In this document: positions 34,870 to 44,429 of the stretch, piece by piece
Layout of the letters: each line of letters starts with the position of its first letter
Numbering within the stretch: the stretch's first letter is position 1
Virus record (IMG/VR): IMGVR_UViG_3300020045_012277
Coordinates: 1 to 53,007 of that record
Origin: a virus
Taxonomy: Duplodnaviria > Caudoviricetes
Direction: 5' to 3' (one strand)
DNA length: 53,007 nt
Notes under the pieces: model-generated
Seen by the model: the letters and a program-made list of their open reading frames with translations, nothing else
Told to the model about the DNA's origin: nothing
Databases searched by the model: none
Translations under genes and position numbers: made by a program

Positions 34870-37154
34870 TAGTTTTTAAATTTATTCATGTCGTTTTCCG
34901 ATGCTGATAATAACTTCCATGTTTGTGCATCCTGCGTAGCCGGTGCAATACCGCCATCCATCAGGTAGCCATAAAACTCATTATCGTTATAGGTAAACTT
35001 TACTTTACCGAACGGATTGTCTTTGATCAACGCCAAAAGATTTATCGGCACTTTGGTTTTGAACTGTATGTAATAAGGCTTGAAAAACTTAGTACCTAAA
35101 CCGCCTATCTGTATATCTTCGTTCTCGTCAATGGTAACTCCCGCAAGTGTGGTGCTTAAATCAATGTTCTTATCTGCACTTTCCAGCTTCATCAGGTTTG
35201 CATCCTGTAAATCCAGACATGAACGAATAGGAGATCCGTTATTTATCAACCCTCTTTTTGGTGAAAATTCCACATTGAAAATATTATCAGTATCTGGCAC
35301 GCCTGAGATAGCTGTATAAGCCGGTCTTTTCAATTCATAAACGCCCCCGCTTAAAAAAGTTACCGTTATGGTGGCTGCTGATTCATCAACCAAAGCCGGA
35401 CCGGAAGGATCAAACTGTACAATATTGACACCTACGGCAGCAACTAAGAAGGTATTATTATTACTTACACTTCCTGTTATCGTAACTATATCACCCGCCT
35501 TGAAAGGAATATCATCAGGGTTTGTCATGTATATCCCTGAATTGAAAAAATCAACTGTGGTTTCAACCGGTGAAGGATCTGATTCGATATTTAAAAAGAA
35601 CGTATCGTTATCTGAACTTTTATCTGTGGAATCTTTGCCATCAAAGTTTATCCTGGTAAATTCTATACCACAGGGATCTGCACGGTATGGACTGGCAAGA
35701 TCCTGTTCTTTGATCACTTTCTTTATAGGAGTAGACCATATTTGCCCCTGGTTTACTTCTGTTTTTCCGCTTACATCTTCATAGTCCTGTTTGGCATAAC
35801 CCGCTTTAATTGTATTGAACAAAATATCTTCTGCAAGGGTTATTTGAATGTCATCTACATTACCGAGATCTACAAGGGTAGTGCTGTTAAAAAAATAACT
35901 GAGCCTTTCAATTATTAAAGTTTTTTCTGAAATGGTTAAACCTATTGAAAAGAAGTTAAGAGCCTTGAAAAACTCCGACATGGAAGTTTTTATACTTGCT
36001 GCAAAAATCTTTCTCAGTGCATCACCGCTGGTTATACATACATCGGTTAAAGAATCAAGGAAAGAAGATGCTAATAAATATTCAGTACTATTCGTTGTTA
36101 ATTTATTCAGTATCTCTTGTAAAAGGTCTTTGGCATAAAAGCCTTTTATATAGGTAGTCCTGTGATGATAAACGAATGAAAGTTTTATGTTTGATTCTGA
36201 AAATAAAATATTCTTTGGTCCGGAAGCGTTTTGAAAATAATACAATATCATGTGTCCCTCTGCCGGCAGGGAAGCTGTAAAATCAAATGTGAATACGTTT
36301 CTTCCTGTATAGTTTATATATGGTAATTGATAATAAACGGTTGCGGGATTTGCATAGTCCCCGAATATGAATGAAAACTCATTTGTACCTCCGAGAATAT
36401 CCACAATGATCTGCCCCTGTACTCTTACATCTCTGGCTGTTTTTGTGTAAAAAAAGAAATTAGTATTATCGGTGCTGAATAAGGGACCTGAATTTAAGTT
36501 TTGAGAAAAATATGCCACATCCTGTGCGCTGAATCCTTCTTTGTTAATAAAAGTAATTGGCATGTCAAATTGCAATCCGTCAGTATAAGGGATATACTGA
36601 TCTATCATTATATAATTTCCTGTAATGTCAAAATCCATCCCGTCCATCTTTACGTTTATATGCTTTGGATTTTCTCTTATCGGTATCGTATAAGTAGTAT
36701 TCTCATTTGCCTTTAATAATTTGGATAAGCCGCCTTCCAGTGCTTCTACCTGTACCGTGTCTTTTGTCTGAACGTATTTGGAGAAATTGATTTCGCTTAA
36801 ATACCAGCTTTCATAATTATACGGTAAACCGGTTCTGTTTAGTTTGGCTACTCCCAAATAACAAACCGCTTCCACGCCGTCTTTCCACATCAGGTGTCTC
36901 AGGATCTTTGCACCGTCACCCGTGAATTTCATAGGCACGGACATGTCACGAAACAGCCCCCAATATTTTATATTCCTTGCATATTTTACTAAAATATCTT
37001 TCCATCCATCGGGTGAATATTCAAGGTGCGCCGGCTGTCCGTTTGGCTTCGTATAACTGCCGGGGTCACCTTCCTGTACGTTTCCGTTGTCATCTACATA
37101 CAGGGGTGCTTTGTTAGCTGAAAAGAGATAATATAAAAAGCCTTTGCGTGCCAT
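34869..37154 (-). CDS. Tail tip/baseplate protein
   Basis: 761 aa directly after tape measure; SPDGWKD..RNIKYWGLFR N-terminus. Confidence 0.7.
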   Translation of the reverse strand: MARKGFLYYLFSANKAPLYVDDNGNVQEGDPGSYTKPNGQPAHLEYSPDGWKDILVKYARNIKYWGLFRDMSVPMKFTGDGAKILRHLMWKDGVEAVCYLGVAKLNRTGLPYNYESWYLSEINFSKYVQTKDTVQVEALEGGLSKLLKANENTTYTIPIRENPKHINVKMDGMDFDITGNYIMIDQYIPYTDGLQFDMPITFINKEGFSAQDVAYFSQNLNSGPLFSTDNTNFFFYTKTARDVRVQGQIIVDILGGTNEFSFIFGDYANPATVYYQLPYINYTGRNVFTFDFTASLPAEGHMILYYFQNASGPKNILFSESNIKLSFVYHHRTTYIKGFYAKDLLQEILNKLTTNSTEYLLASSFLDSLTDVCITSGDALRKIFAASIKTSMSEFFKALNFFSIGLTISEKTLIIERLSYFFNSTTLVDLGNVDDIQITLAEDILFNTIKAGYAKQDYEDVSGKTEVNQGQIWSTPIKKVIKEQDLASPYRADPCGIEFTRINFDGKDSTDKSSDNDTFFLNIESDPSPVETTVDFFNSGIYMTNPDDIPFKAGDIVTITGSVSNNNTFLVAAVGVNIVQFDPSGPALVDESAATITVTFLSGGVYELKRPAYTAISGVPDTDNIFNVEFSPKRGLINNGSPIRSCLDLQDANLMKLESADKNIDLSTTLAGVTIDENEDIQIGGLGTKFFKPYYIQFKTKVPINLLALIKDNPFGKVKFTYNDNEFYGYLMDGGIAPATQDAQTWKLLSASENDMNKFKN

Positions 37155-40019
37155 TTAATATTTCATATTCTTTTGATACCATGCCGTAACTTCAACCGGT
37201 GTATTTGCATGAATTATTATTCTTGACTTTTTATTTAATTCCCTCAATTCTCTCACTGTACTTTCCAATAAATCCCGGTTATCAGGAACGGACATACTTA
37301 CATTACTGTTATATGATTTCATTAAACTGCTTCTTTCCGTTTCGGCAGCGTTCAGAATATCTTTTGTAACATTTGCCGGGAATATCTTTGTTCCCTTAGA
37401 TAAGTAGGTTAATGTCCGCTTATCATAGATTTTAGCTTTGCCTCTTGAATCAATGGCAAGCTCCGGACCTTGTTCAGCTACCTCTGCAAAGCCTTCAGGT
37501 GATGAGTGTGTACCTTTTGCAAACTTTGGAATTGGTTGAGAAGCAACCCGGGCAAGCTGTAAAGCACCAAGAGCAATAATGAACGGAATTAACGCCGGTG
37601 ATTTTACAGAATTAGCAAGGACAGAAACTGCAGTTTGCTGAATGATATTTGCGATCGCTTCAGCTTTATCAAACTTGGCTTGTTTTAATCTTAAATCTCT
37701 TTGCCTTTTTTCCAGTTGTTCTCTCTCTGCTGCTGATCTTGCTTCAAGTATGGTAACCTTTGCCGCTTTGTCCTGTTCACTTAAAAGACTTTGGTTAATA
37801 ATTTCAAGTTCTTTTTGTTTCTTCTTTTCAAGCATGTCAATCTCATCCTGGATAGCGTTTTGTTTTCTTACAGATTCAGCATCTATAAGGTCAAAACCTA
37901 ATCCAACGCCTTCACCAACTATTTGAGCTATCATCCCTTCTTTTAAATCTTTTAAGGCTTTCGCAGCTTCCTCTTTTGATTGAGCTTCCTGAAGTTTATT
38001 AACTACCCCTTTTATTAATGATACACTAAAGTCACCTCCTATTTTTTCAGCCTCTGCGCTTAGTGCAGCTACATCAACAATATCCGGCACTAATGGTTTG
38101 CTTTCATTAAATTCAAGTTTTACACCACTTGCAATTGCATCAAATATTTTTACTCCTTCATTTGCAACCTGCTGTTGCCTTAACATTAACTCTTCATCAG
38201 AAAGGTTTGATTTTAAAAGTGCATCCCTCCTTAATCTTAAATATTTTGTAAGGGCATTAAGTCTTTTTTCAAGAGATATATTTTCTGTTTCGGCAATTTC
38301 TTTTTGAAGATTAATAGCATCTTCTGCTTCTTTTTTAGCATCATCTTTTTTTGACTTATCGATAATCCTTTCTGGTTTTAAAGGTGTTATTTTTTTGTTA
38401 TTTATAGTATCAAAGAATCCCTGATTTGCTCCAATGGTTTGCAATGCATTAGCTAATGCAATTCCCTCTTCTTTTGTGTTTTTAAAATCCTTTCTAAGCC
38501 TTTCAACTTCTGCCTGTGCTGCTTTCATGTTTGCCTGTGTTGTGGCTAAAAATATATTTGTGTTCCTTGAAAGAAGTAACTGATCAGCTGTACTATTTGT
38601 AAGTTTTCTTCCAAGTGATTTTTCAATTTCTTTTGGAATATTTTTATAAGTATTAACCCGCTGATCTACTAATTGTTTTATAATAGATTGCTGACTTGTA
38701 TTATTGTCTAAAGCATCTTTATTGATGTTGAAGAATCCAGAACCACCGCTTATTACTTCTCTAAAACCTTTGGCAAAATCTTTCAGACCGTTTCCTGCTT
38801 TTGATAAAAAGGATAATATCCCATTAAGTGCAGGTAATAACCCTCCCCCGATTTCTTCTTTCAGATCTTTAAACTCTTGCTTTGCAATTGCCAGTCCGCC
38901 TGCTGCCGATTCTTTAAATGCTTTTCCAACTCCATCAACTCTCGGTGCAAGCTCCCTCATTAATAAACTAAATGATTCCCCAGGGCCTTTAGCATCTTTC
39001 ATGTTAATTCCAAATTCACGTAATGACTTACTATTTCCTTCGAGTGCTTTAGTAATTACAGATGTTGCAGAGGCTAAATCCTGACCTGTGGCGGTTGCAA
39101 AATTTATTATTACGGGTACTAATTGATTTATCTGATCTTCGGTTAATTTACCGTAAACTATTAACTGATTGAAAGTTTTTAAAATATCATCATTATCTAA
39201 AAACTTAAACTCTTCTGCAAGGCTATTTGCAGCTATTTCTATCCTTCCAAATGCTTCCGGTATGCCCAGGTTTTTTAACGTGTTTTGTAAAATTCTTACG
39301 TTTTTATCCATCTCAATAAATTCATCAACTGATGAACTTAATATTGCACCTGTTCCGACAATACCGATAAGTGAAAGGAAATTCGTAGCAAGGTTTTTAA
39401 TACTTAAACTTGCTTTATCAAAGGCACTTGAATAGTTGCCTATATTACGTTGATGATTACCTATTGATGCATCAATGTTTTTAAGTTCATCATTTAATTT
39501 ATTAGCTGTTCTTGCTGCTTCCTGTGACCTCTTATCCATTCTGCCATACTGTGCTGCTAAGTCCTGTGCATTTTTTGAAGCAGCAGCAAATGCAAGTGCA
39601 AGTTTTTTATATGGTCTCTCTTCTTCCGCTGCCTTCGCTGCCGCCTTTGCAGATTCTTTTGATGCTCTCTCTTTACTTTTGGCTAATTGATCTGCTGCTT
39701 TTGCTTGTATCAATGTAGCTTGTGCAGATTCTTTAGATGCTTTTGATTGCAAAAACAGTGTTTGCGTAAACTCTTTACTTTGACCGTTTAACTGAGTTAT
39801 TCTCTGTTGAACGATCTTTGTATTTTCCTCTAATACGGTTGTAGCTTTTGCCACTTCATCCACTTGTCTTTTTGATGCAGCTCCGTCAATAATGGAAATT
39901 TTTGTATTAAGTGAAACTGTTTTTACTTTTATTTCTTCCATCATTTTCAATACAGCTTCTTTCTCTGCATTGAGTTTCTGTAGGTCGGCGAAGTGGTCAT
40001 ATAGTTGATCCTGCGGCAT
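37155..40019 (-). CDS. Tail tape measure protein
   Basis: 954 aa helical; IGNHQRNIGNY; C-terminal PIPKFAKGT..VAEQGPEL. Confidence 0.88.
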   Translation of the reverse strand: MPQDQLYDHFADLQKLNAEKEAVLKMMEEIKVKTVSLNTKISIIDGAASKRQVDEVAKATTVLEENTKIVQQRITQLNGQSKEFTQTLFLQSKASKESAQATLIQAKAADQLAKSKERASKESAKAAAKAAEEERPYKKLALAFAAASKNAQDLAAQYGRMDKRSQEAARTANKLNDELKNIDASIGNHQRNIGNYSSAFDKASLSIKNLATNFLSLIGIVGTGAILSSSVDEFIEMDKNVRILQNTLKNLGIPEAFGRIEIAANSLAEEFKFLDNDDILKTFNQLIVYGKLTEDQINQLVPVIINFATATGQDLASATSVITKALEGNSKSLREFGINMKDAKGPGESFSLLMRELAPRVDGVGKAFKESAAGGLAIAKQEFKDLKEEIGGGLLPALNGILSFLSKAGNGLKDFAKGFREVISGGSGFFNINKDALDNNTSQQSIIKQLVDQRVNTYKNIPKEIEKSLGRKLTNSTADQLLLSRNTNIFLATTQANMKAAQAEVERLRKDFKNTKEEGIALANALQTIGANQGFFDTINNKKITPLKPERIIDKSKKDDAKKEAEDAINLQKEIAETENISLEKRLNALTKYLRLRRDALLKSNLSDEELMLRQQQVANEGVKIFDAIASGVKLEFNESKPLVPDIVDVAALSAEAEKIGGDFSVSLIKGVVNKLQEAQSKEEAAKALKDLKEGMIAQIVGEGVGLGFDLIDAESVRKQNAIQDEIDMLEKKKQKELEIINQSLLSEQDKAAKVTILEARSAAEREQLEKRQRDLRLKQAKFDKAEAIANIIQQTAVSVLANSVKSPALIPFIIALGALQLARVASQPIPKFAKGTHSSPEGFAEVAEQGPELAIDSRGKAKIYDKRTLTYLSKGTKIFPANVTKDILNAAETERSSLMKSYNSNVSMSVPDNRDLLESTVRELRELNKKSRIIIHANTPVEVTAWYQKNMKY

Positions 40020-40759
40020 TATTTATCCATTTGTTTTAAAGCCTCGTTATAGGCTATGAAAGAATTAACGATACTGCAGTACTCGAGCACCGTTATTTCC
40101 TTTGCCTTTATTGAATAACCCATGTGCTTACTCAGCATGGCCAGTTCATTTATATAATCCTGGTAATTGGTAGAGGCTGCTTTTCCGTCCGGTGCAAGTA
40201 TCTTGTATTCACTTACAGCCATATTCAGTAATACGATCAGTGTTTTTGCTTCTGTTCTTACTCTTTTTATCCGGTTCAGGTATACTTCTGTGTCCTCATC
40301 ATAGGTGATCATGGTATAACCCATGTTTGCGATCACTGCGGCAATTTCTTCATCAAATTGTTTTTCCAGAAACATCAATCCTGCATCAATGATCTGTATC
40401 TGCGCCTGCAGTCTTACTATTTTTTTATAGCAGTCAAAAACAGACCGGCTGCGGTTGTTCTTGATCGCTTCTGCATATTCTTCTGTAATGGTTTCCCAGG
40501 CTGTTATCAGTTCATCAATAGGAGGGGTGCCGGAAATGATCAGCGGGGCAAGCTCCCCGTTAGTAATAACGTTCAGGAAATCTTCATAAAGAAGTGTCCT
40601 GATACTGCGGTGTAATGTATAATCGGACGGGATATCCTTGTGCTGCTGATGCAGGTAGGAAACAACATTGTCCGAATTCATTGTACCAGATGGCTTGCCA
40701 TTCGCCTGTTTCTTTTGCTTTTTGATAAGCCAACTGAAATATTTTCTTTTCCAGTTCAT
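40019..40759 (-). CDS. Putative tail assembly chaperone (start uncertain)
   Basis: Directly precedes tape measure; 5' part overlaps the upstream ORF. Confidence 0.55.
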   Translation of the reverse strand: MNWKRKYFSWLIKKQKKQANGKPSGTMNSDNVVSYLHQQHKDIPSDYTLHRSIRTLLYEDFLNVITNGELAPLIISGTPPIDELITAWETITEEYAEAIKNNRSRSVFDCYKKIVRLQAQIQIIDAGLMFLEKQFDEEIAAVIANMGYTMITYDEDTEVYLNRIKRVRTEAKTLIVLLNMAVSEYKILAPDGKAASTNYQDYINELAMLSKHMGYSIKAKEITVLEYCSIVNSFIAYNEALKQMDK

Positions 40760-40799
40760 TAGCAGCTTTTATTTTTTCAATACAACTCTCACAAGACAT
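40584..40799 (-). CDS. Hypothetical protein
   Basis: MSCESCIEK.. 71 aa starting 1 nt after the upstream stop. Confidence 0.55.
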   Translation of the reverse strand: MSCESCIEKIKAANELEKKIFQLAYQKAKETGEWQAIWYNEFGQCCFLPASAAQGYPVRLYITPQYQDTSL

Positions 40800-40800
40800 G

Positions 40801-41253
40801 TCATTTATGAATTTGTGAAATAATATTATCCGTTGCCTTTGGCCCCATGTCATTGGTAGCATAGATAGCGGCGTATTCTTTATTCAGTCCGAAAATATCT
40901 TCACCGTATCTGTCGATCAATGAACCTGTTTTTTCATCCGTACTGTCAATGATCACTTTGCCGGCTTCAGCTTTTATAGTTATCCCTCTATGAAAGCTCA
41001 TGGTATCTCTTAATGTTACACGGTCCGTTGGCTGATTCTTTAACCTCTTTACCGAAACTGTAAACGGTGCATATATTTCATATTTCCCATCCAGCCTTCT
41101 TATCTTTTCTCCATCAGATCTTTCTCCTTTTAAGAACATCTGTTGCTGCTGATAATTCTTTATTTCTTCTGTCGTTTCCGTTACGGCTTCCTGTATCACT
41201 TCTTTCATGTTCACCTTATCCAGGTTTCTCATCAGGTGTTCAATGGTTGCCAT
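40801..41253 (-). CDS. Neck/tail completion protein (HK97 gp10-like position)
   Basis: Y..FTV..KR..NQPTDRVTLRDT..F..YGEDIFGL pattern. Confidence 0.65.
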   Translation of the reverse strand: MATIEHLMRNLDKVNMKEVIQEAVTETTEEIKNYQQQQMFLKGERSDGEKIRRLDGKYEIYAPFTVSVKRLKNQPTDRVTLRDTMSFHRGITIKAEAGKVIIDSTDEKTGSLIDRYGEDIFGLNKEYAAIYATNDMGPKATDNIISQIHK

Positions 41254-41267
41254 ATTTCTTCTGATAT

Positions 41268-41483
41268 TTAAATGTGATCAACAAATGGTTCAATGCCGGG
41301 GAAGTAACTTATATGCAACGTGATCATGTTATCTTCTTTGGGCAGTTCCTTACCCAATAAACGGTACATCACTATATCATCATCCTGCCAGCCTATCAGT
41401 TGTATTGTGTCGCAGATGCCTGCCAATAATATCCACATCGTTGGCCAGGCTAAATGCATTCTATGTACACCTACAACTGCCAT
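41268..41483 (-). CDS. Hypothetical protein
   Basis: 71 aa ORF in tail operon. Confidence 0.5.
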   Translation of the reverse strand: MAVVGVHRMHLAWPTMWILLAGICDTIQLIGWQDDDIVMYRLLGKELPKEDNMITLHISYFPGIEPFVDHI

Positions 41484-41501
41484 ATGAAAACCTCCCCCGG
41501 C

Positions 41502-41738
41502 CTAAAGGCCACCCCCTCCAAAAGAGGGGGATAAGAAGTCCCTAACTTCCTCTTTCGATTCCGGTTCGGGACTTTTATAATTAGGATTAATAAGCCGGTA
41601 TGCTTTCTTTGCCCACTCTTTTTTATCCTTCTCTGTACTACCGGGAACAAAGCCATCGGCAATCATTGCTTTGATGGCTTCATTCTCCTTCATGGCTCCG
41701 AAATGTGCTGCATTAATATTGATGCCGTCTATTAACAT
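41502..41738 (-). CDS. Hypothetical protein, C-terminus encoded by REP-like palindrome
   Basis: 78 aa ending LSPSFGGGGL. Confidence 0.6.
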   Translation of the reverse strand: MLIDGININAAHFGAMKENEAIKAMIADGFVPGSTEKDKKEWAKKAYRLINPNYKSPEPESKEEVRDFLSPSFGGGGL

Positions 41739-41741
41739 GGT

Positions 41742-42695
41742 TTACGGTTTTTCTACTATTACAGGAATCATTTCATAAGGCGCTACACCCGCTGCGGTCA
41801 ACGCTGCTGCGGTTGGCCCATTGATCTGCACCTGGTCACCGCTACTTAAAGCAGTCCACTGAGTACTGTCAAGCGTTACCAGGTAAGCATCATCACTTGG
41901 TGCATCAGCCACCGAAGTAACTGTATGTGCCGCCCCTGTCTGTAAATTGGTAGCCGTCCATGTCAATGCTGAAATGTCCGTTGTGTAAAGTGGTTCCAGG
42001 TTAGTACCTCCGTCTGCAATTGCCAGTACTTTTACAGCTCCACCGGTTTTGCTCAGTTCAGAAAGCTGAACATTTACAAGTCCTACAGCTGCAAGCAAGC
42101 CCACATTTGCCACTACATACAAAGACTGATCTCTGTACTCTGCAATACTGCCCAGCGTTACACGGAAACGATACTGATTAACAGCATCACTCACGATGAA
42201 CTTGGATGTATCTGCATAGGCTTGAATAAGGCTGAAGCCTCCAAACTGACCCTCTGCAACCTGTGTACCATATACGGCATAGGCTTCATCCACAAAGAAG
42301 ATGTCAAGGCTGGCACCGATCATGCCGGCAATCCTTTTGTGTCTTGCTTCTGTACCGTTATATCCAAAGCTGAAAGAAGGAATAGCATCGGATGTAATGA
42401 TGGTAGCTGTGGTAAGATTACCGATCGACCCTGTAGAAGGATCCCCGGTGTTATCTTCGAAATTCAATATATCCCAGATAGGATATACACGACTGCCCCG
42501 GGCCGCTGTCGTTGCTGTTTTTACTGCTGCGATAAATGCAGCAACAGAAGCAATATCCGATCCTGAAAAGACAACGCCTTTATCAGCGAATATCACTCCC
42601 TTCATTTTTTTCTTAGCCAAATCGCAAGGCGGGACACCGACATTAAAGACGGAATCCGGACTGGCACAATTCGCTAAGTCTAATATGTTTGCCAT
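41742..42695 (-). CDS. Major tail (tube) protein
   Basis: 317 aa after head-tail connectors; Ala/Thr/Val-rich. Confidence 0.7.
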   Translation of the reverse strand: MANILDLANCASPDSVFNVGVPPCDLAKKKMKGVIFADKGVVFSGSDIASVAAFIAAVKTATTAARGSRVYPIWDILNFEDNTGDPSTGSIGNLTTATIITSDAIPSFSFGYNGTEARHKRIAGMIGASLDIFFVDEAYAVYGTQVAEGQFGGFSLIQAYADTSKFIVSDAVNQYRFRVTLGSIAEYRDQSLYVVANVGLLAAVGLVNVQLSELSKTGGAVKVLAIADGGTNLEPLYTTDISALTWTATNLQTGAAHTVTSVADAPSDDAYLVTLDSTQWTALSSGDQVQINGPTAAALTAAGVAPYEMIPVIVEKP

Positions 42696-42698
42696 TTT

Positions 42699-43232
42699 TT
42701 AAAAGTTTTTGAAAGGTGTACAATTTGTTTTTTTATTGATCCGCAGTTTCAGCGAACCGATCTTGATGCAATCAACCGCATCATTCAAAACCGACTTCTG
42801 ATCTTCTCCCCAATAATATCCGTTGGTTACTTTATGCTCTATCAATTCTGCAGCTTGCTCACTGAATACGGGGCTTATCACGATCTGTTCCAGCAATTCC
42901 ATGTATATGGGCAGTAAAACAGGTTTGTAATTATTCTCCATCCTTTCAGATGCTTTCCATGTTTTATCTGTGCTGTTTATGATATAGATGTTTGGATTTA
43001 CGGTGCCATACCAGGCGGCATTTCCTCTCACCGTATCATAAGGCTCTTCCACCCATACCAGGGGAAATTTTTTGTAAAATTTCGTTGGATCAGTTTCGTA
43101 TTGCTTCAGCGTTTCATTCAGCTCGTTTACAAACCCATACTGATAATTAAGCTCAGAAAGTTCCAAAGCTGTTTTTACAGCTTCCACGATCGTTGCCATT
43201 TCATCAGTCAGTATGTATTGTGGTTTGTCCAT
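42699..43232 (-). CDS. Tail terminator / head-tail connector
   Basis: Position; KFPLVW, ERMENNYKPVLLPIY, DAVDCI. Confidence 0.65.
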   Translation of the reverse strand: MDKPQYILTDEMATIVEAVKTALELSELNYQYGFVNELNETLKQYETDPTKFYKKFPLVWVEEPYDTVRGNAAWYGTVNPNIYIINSTDKTWKASERMENNYKPVLLPIYMELLEQIVISPVFSEQAAELIEHKVTNGYYWGEDQKSVLNDAVDCIKIGSLKLRINKKTNCTPFKNF

Positions 43233-43774
43233 TATATGCCCAACGTGTTTTGCTTTTTCAGAAGACTTTTGGGGATCCGTCCATATTGATTCGTGAACTC
43301 CGGGTATTCCGTTATGTTGGTCAACAGAAATTCTATAAGCTCATGTATCCAGTCTACCATCTCATTCCAGGCACTCACCATTTTTATCATGGCAGATGCA
43401 TTAATGGCATTTTGATTTTGAGGAATTTTTTCACCGGTGCCGGTTGTTACTGTCATTTCATTTTCCATATAATGCCAGTACACGTAATTGGCGATCATAC
43501 TTTTTTTGGTTTGACCGTCAGTAAACTTCAAGCCTTTCCATTTTGTCAATATGCCTGCACGGTTTGTATATTCCTTTCCATCACGTATGTCAATATATTT
43601 TTGAGTACTTGCGGCAATTCCTGTCTTGTAAGCTTTATAGAGTTCATAGCCCAGCAGATCAGTAAGCAGGCGGGGTTCCATTTCATCAAGGAACCAGGCT
43701 ACCCCGCCACTTACGTTAGATTTCTGAGCAATGTTCAGAGAACCGAAAAAATATGTGATGTCGATCGTTGACAT
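43232..43774 (-). CDS. Head-tail adaptor protein
   Basis: EPRLLTDLLGYELY..SMIANYVYWHY..AWNEMV; position after capsid. Confidence 0.7.
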   Translation of the reverse strand: MSTIDITYFFGSLNIAQKSNVSGGVAWFLDEMEPRLLTDLLGYELYKAYKTGIAASTQKYIDIRDGKEYTNRAGILTKWKGLKFTDGQTKKSMIANYVYWHYMENEMTVTTGTGEKIPQNQNAINASAMIKMVSAWNEMVDWIHELIEFLLTNITEYPEFTNQYGRIPKSLLKKQNTLGI

Positions 43775-43775
43775 G

Positions 43776-44207
43776 TTAGTAAGCGAACAGGTGACATTTC
43801 ATACTTGCTGACATGGTACCTGTACCGGTATAGTTTACACGGTAATAATACCATCGTTCAGTAGTATTGAACCCATAATTTGCCGTTGCATCTGTTATTG
43901 TACCGGTAGTATCAACGGTTACCCAATTAGTCCCGTCCAGGCTTCCCTGAAGTACAATAGTGCCACCAACGGTTCCGGATATCTTTGTCACAACTACTGA
44001 AGCTGTAACACCTGTTTTCCATGTAGCAACCCTGCCTTCAGAAGTGGTAGTTACATGTGTTTCAGTATTATCAACGGTGTCCAGTGCATTTCCGTAAGCA
44101 GTTGTTGTCAACGCCTTTGGCACTGCCCATTGTGCATTTATGCTTTCTGTCGGAATGAATGCACATAACAGTGCAAACAACCCGGCTAATAAAAAATATT
44201 TTTTCAT
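43776..44207 (-). CDS. Head-module protein with Sec signal peptide
   Basis: MKKYFLLAGLFALLCAFIPTESINA-Q; LQGSLDGTNW..YYRV beta-sandwich motif. Confidence 0.75.
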   Translation of the reverse strand: MKKYFLLAGLFALLCAFIPTESINAQWAVPKALTTTAYGNALDTVDNTETHVTTTSEGRVATWKTGVTASVVVTKISGTVGGTIVLQGSLDGTNWVTVDTTGTITDATANYGFNTTERWYYYRVNYTGTGTMSASMKCHLFAY

Positions 44208-44425
44208 TGCTTAAATTTTTTAGAAGATTTTTTAATTTTTGTTTCCTCTTTTGCTTTTGCCGTCACGGTTTCATGTGCTTTCTGCAGCTCAGCATCTTTA
44301 TACGTTGCCACTCCTTTTCTTACGAGAGAAGACGCAAGCATGCCATCACATGAAAACTCATCACCGGATTTCTTTGTGGCATAGTCTTCGGTGAATACAA
44401 CGGTTTTAAAATTGGATACTTTCAT
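44204..44425 (-). CDS. Small basic protein after capsid gene
   Basis: VFTEDYATKKSGD..LASSLVRKGVA. Confidence 0.7.
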   Translation of the reverse strand: MKVSNFKTVVFTEDYATKKSGDEFSCDGMLASSLVRKGVATYKDAELQKAHETVTAKAKEETKIKKSSKKFKQ

Positions 44426-44429
44426 GGTC

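Noticed and set aside
40584-40799. Classic -1 tail-chaperone frameshift
   Set aside because: The downstream ORF is in the +1 frame relative to this ORF and no canonical slippery heptamer was found
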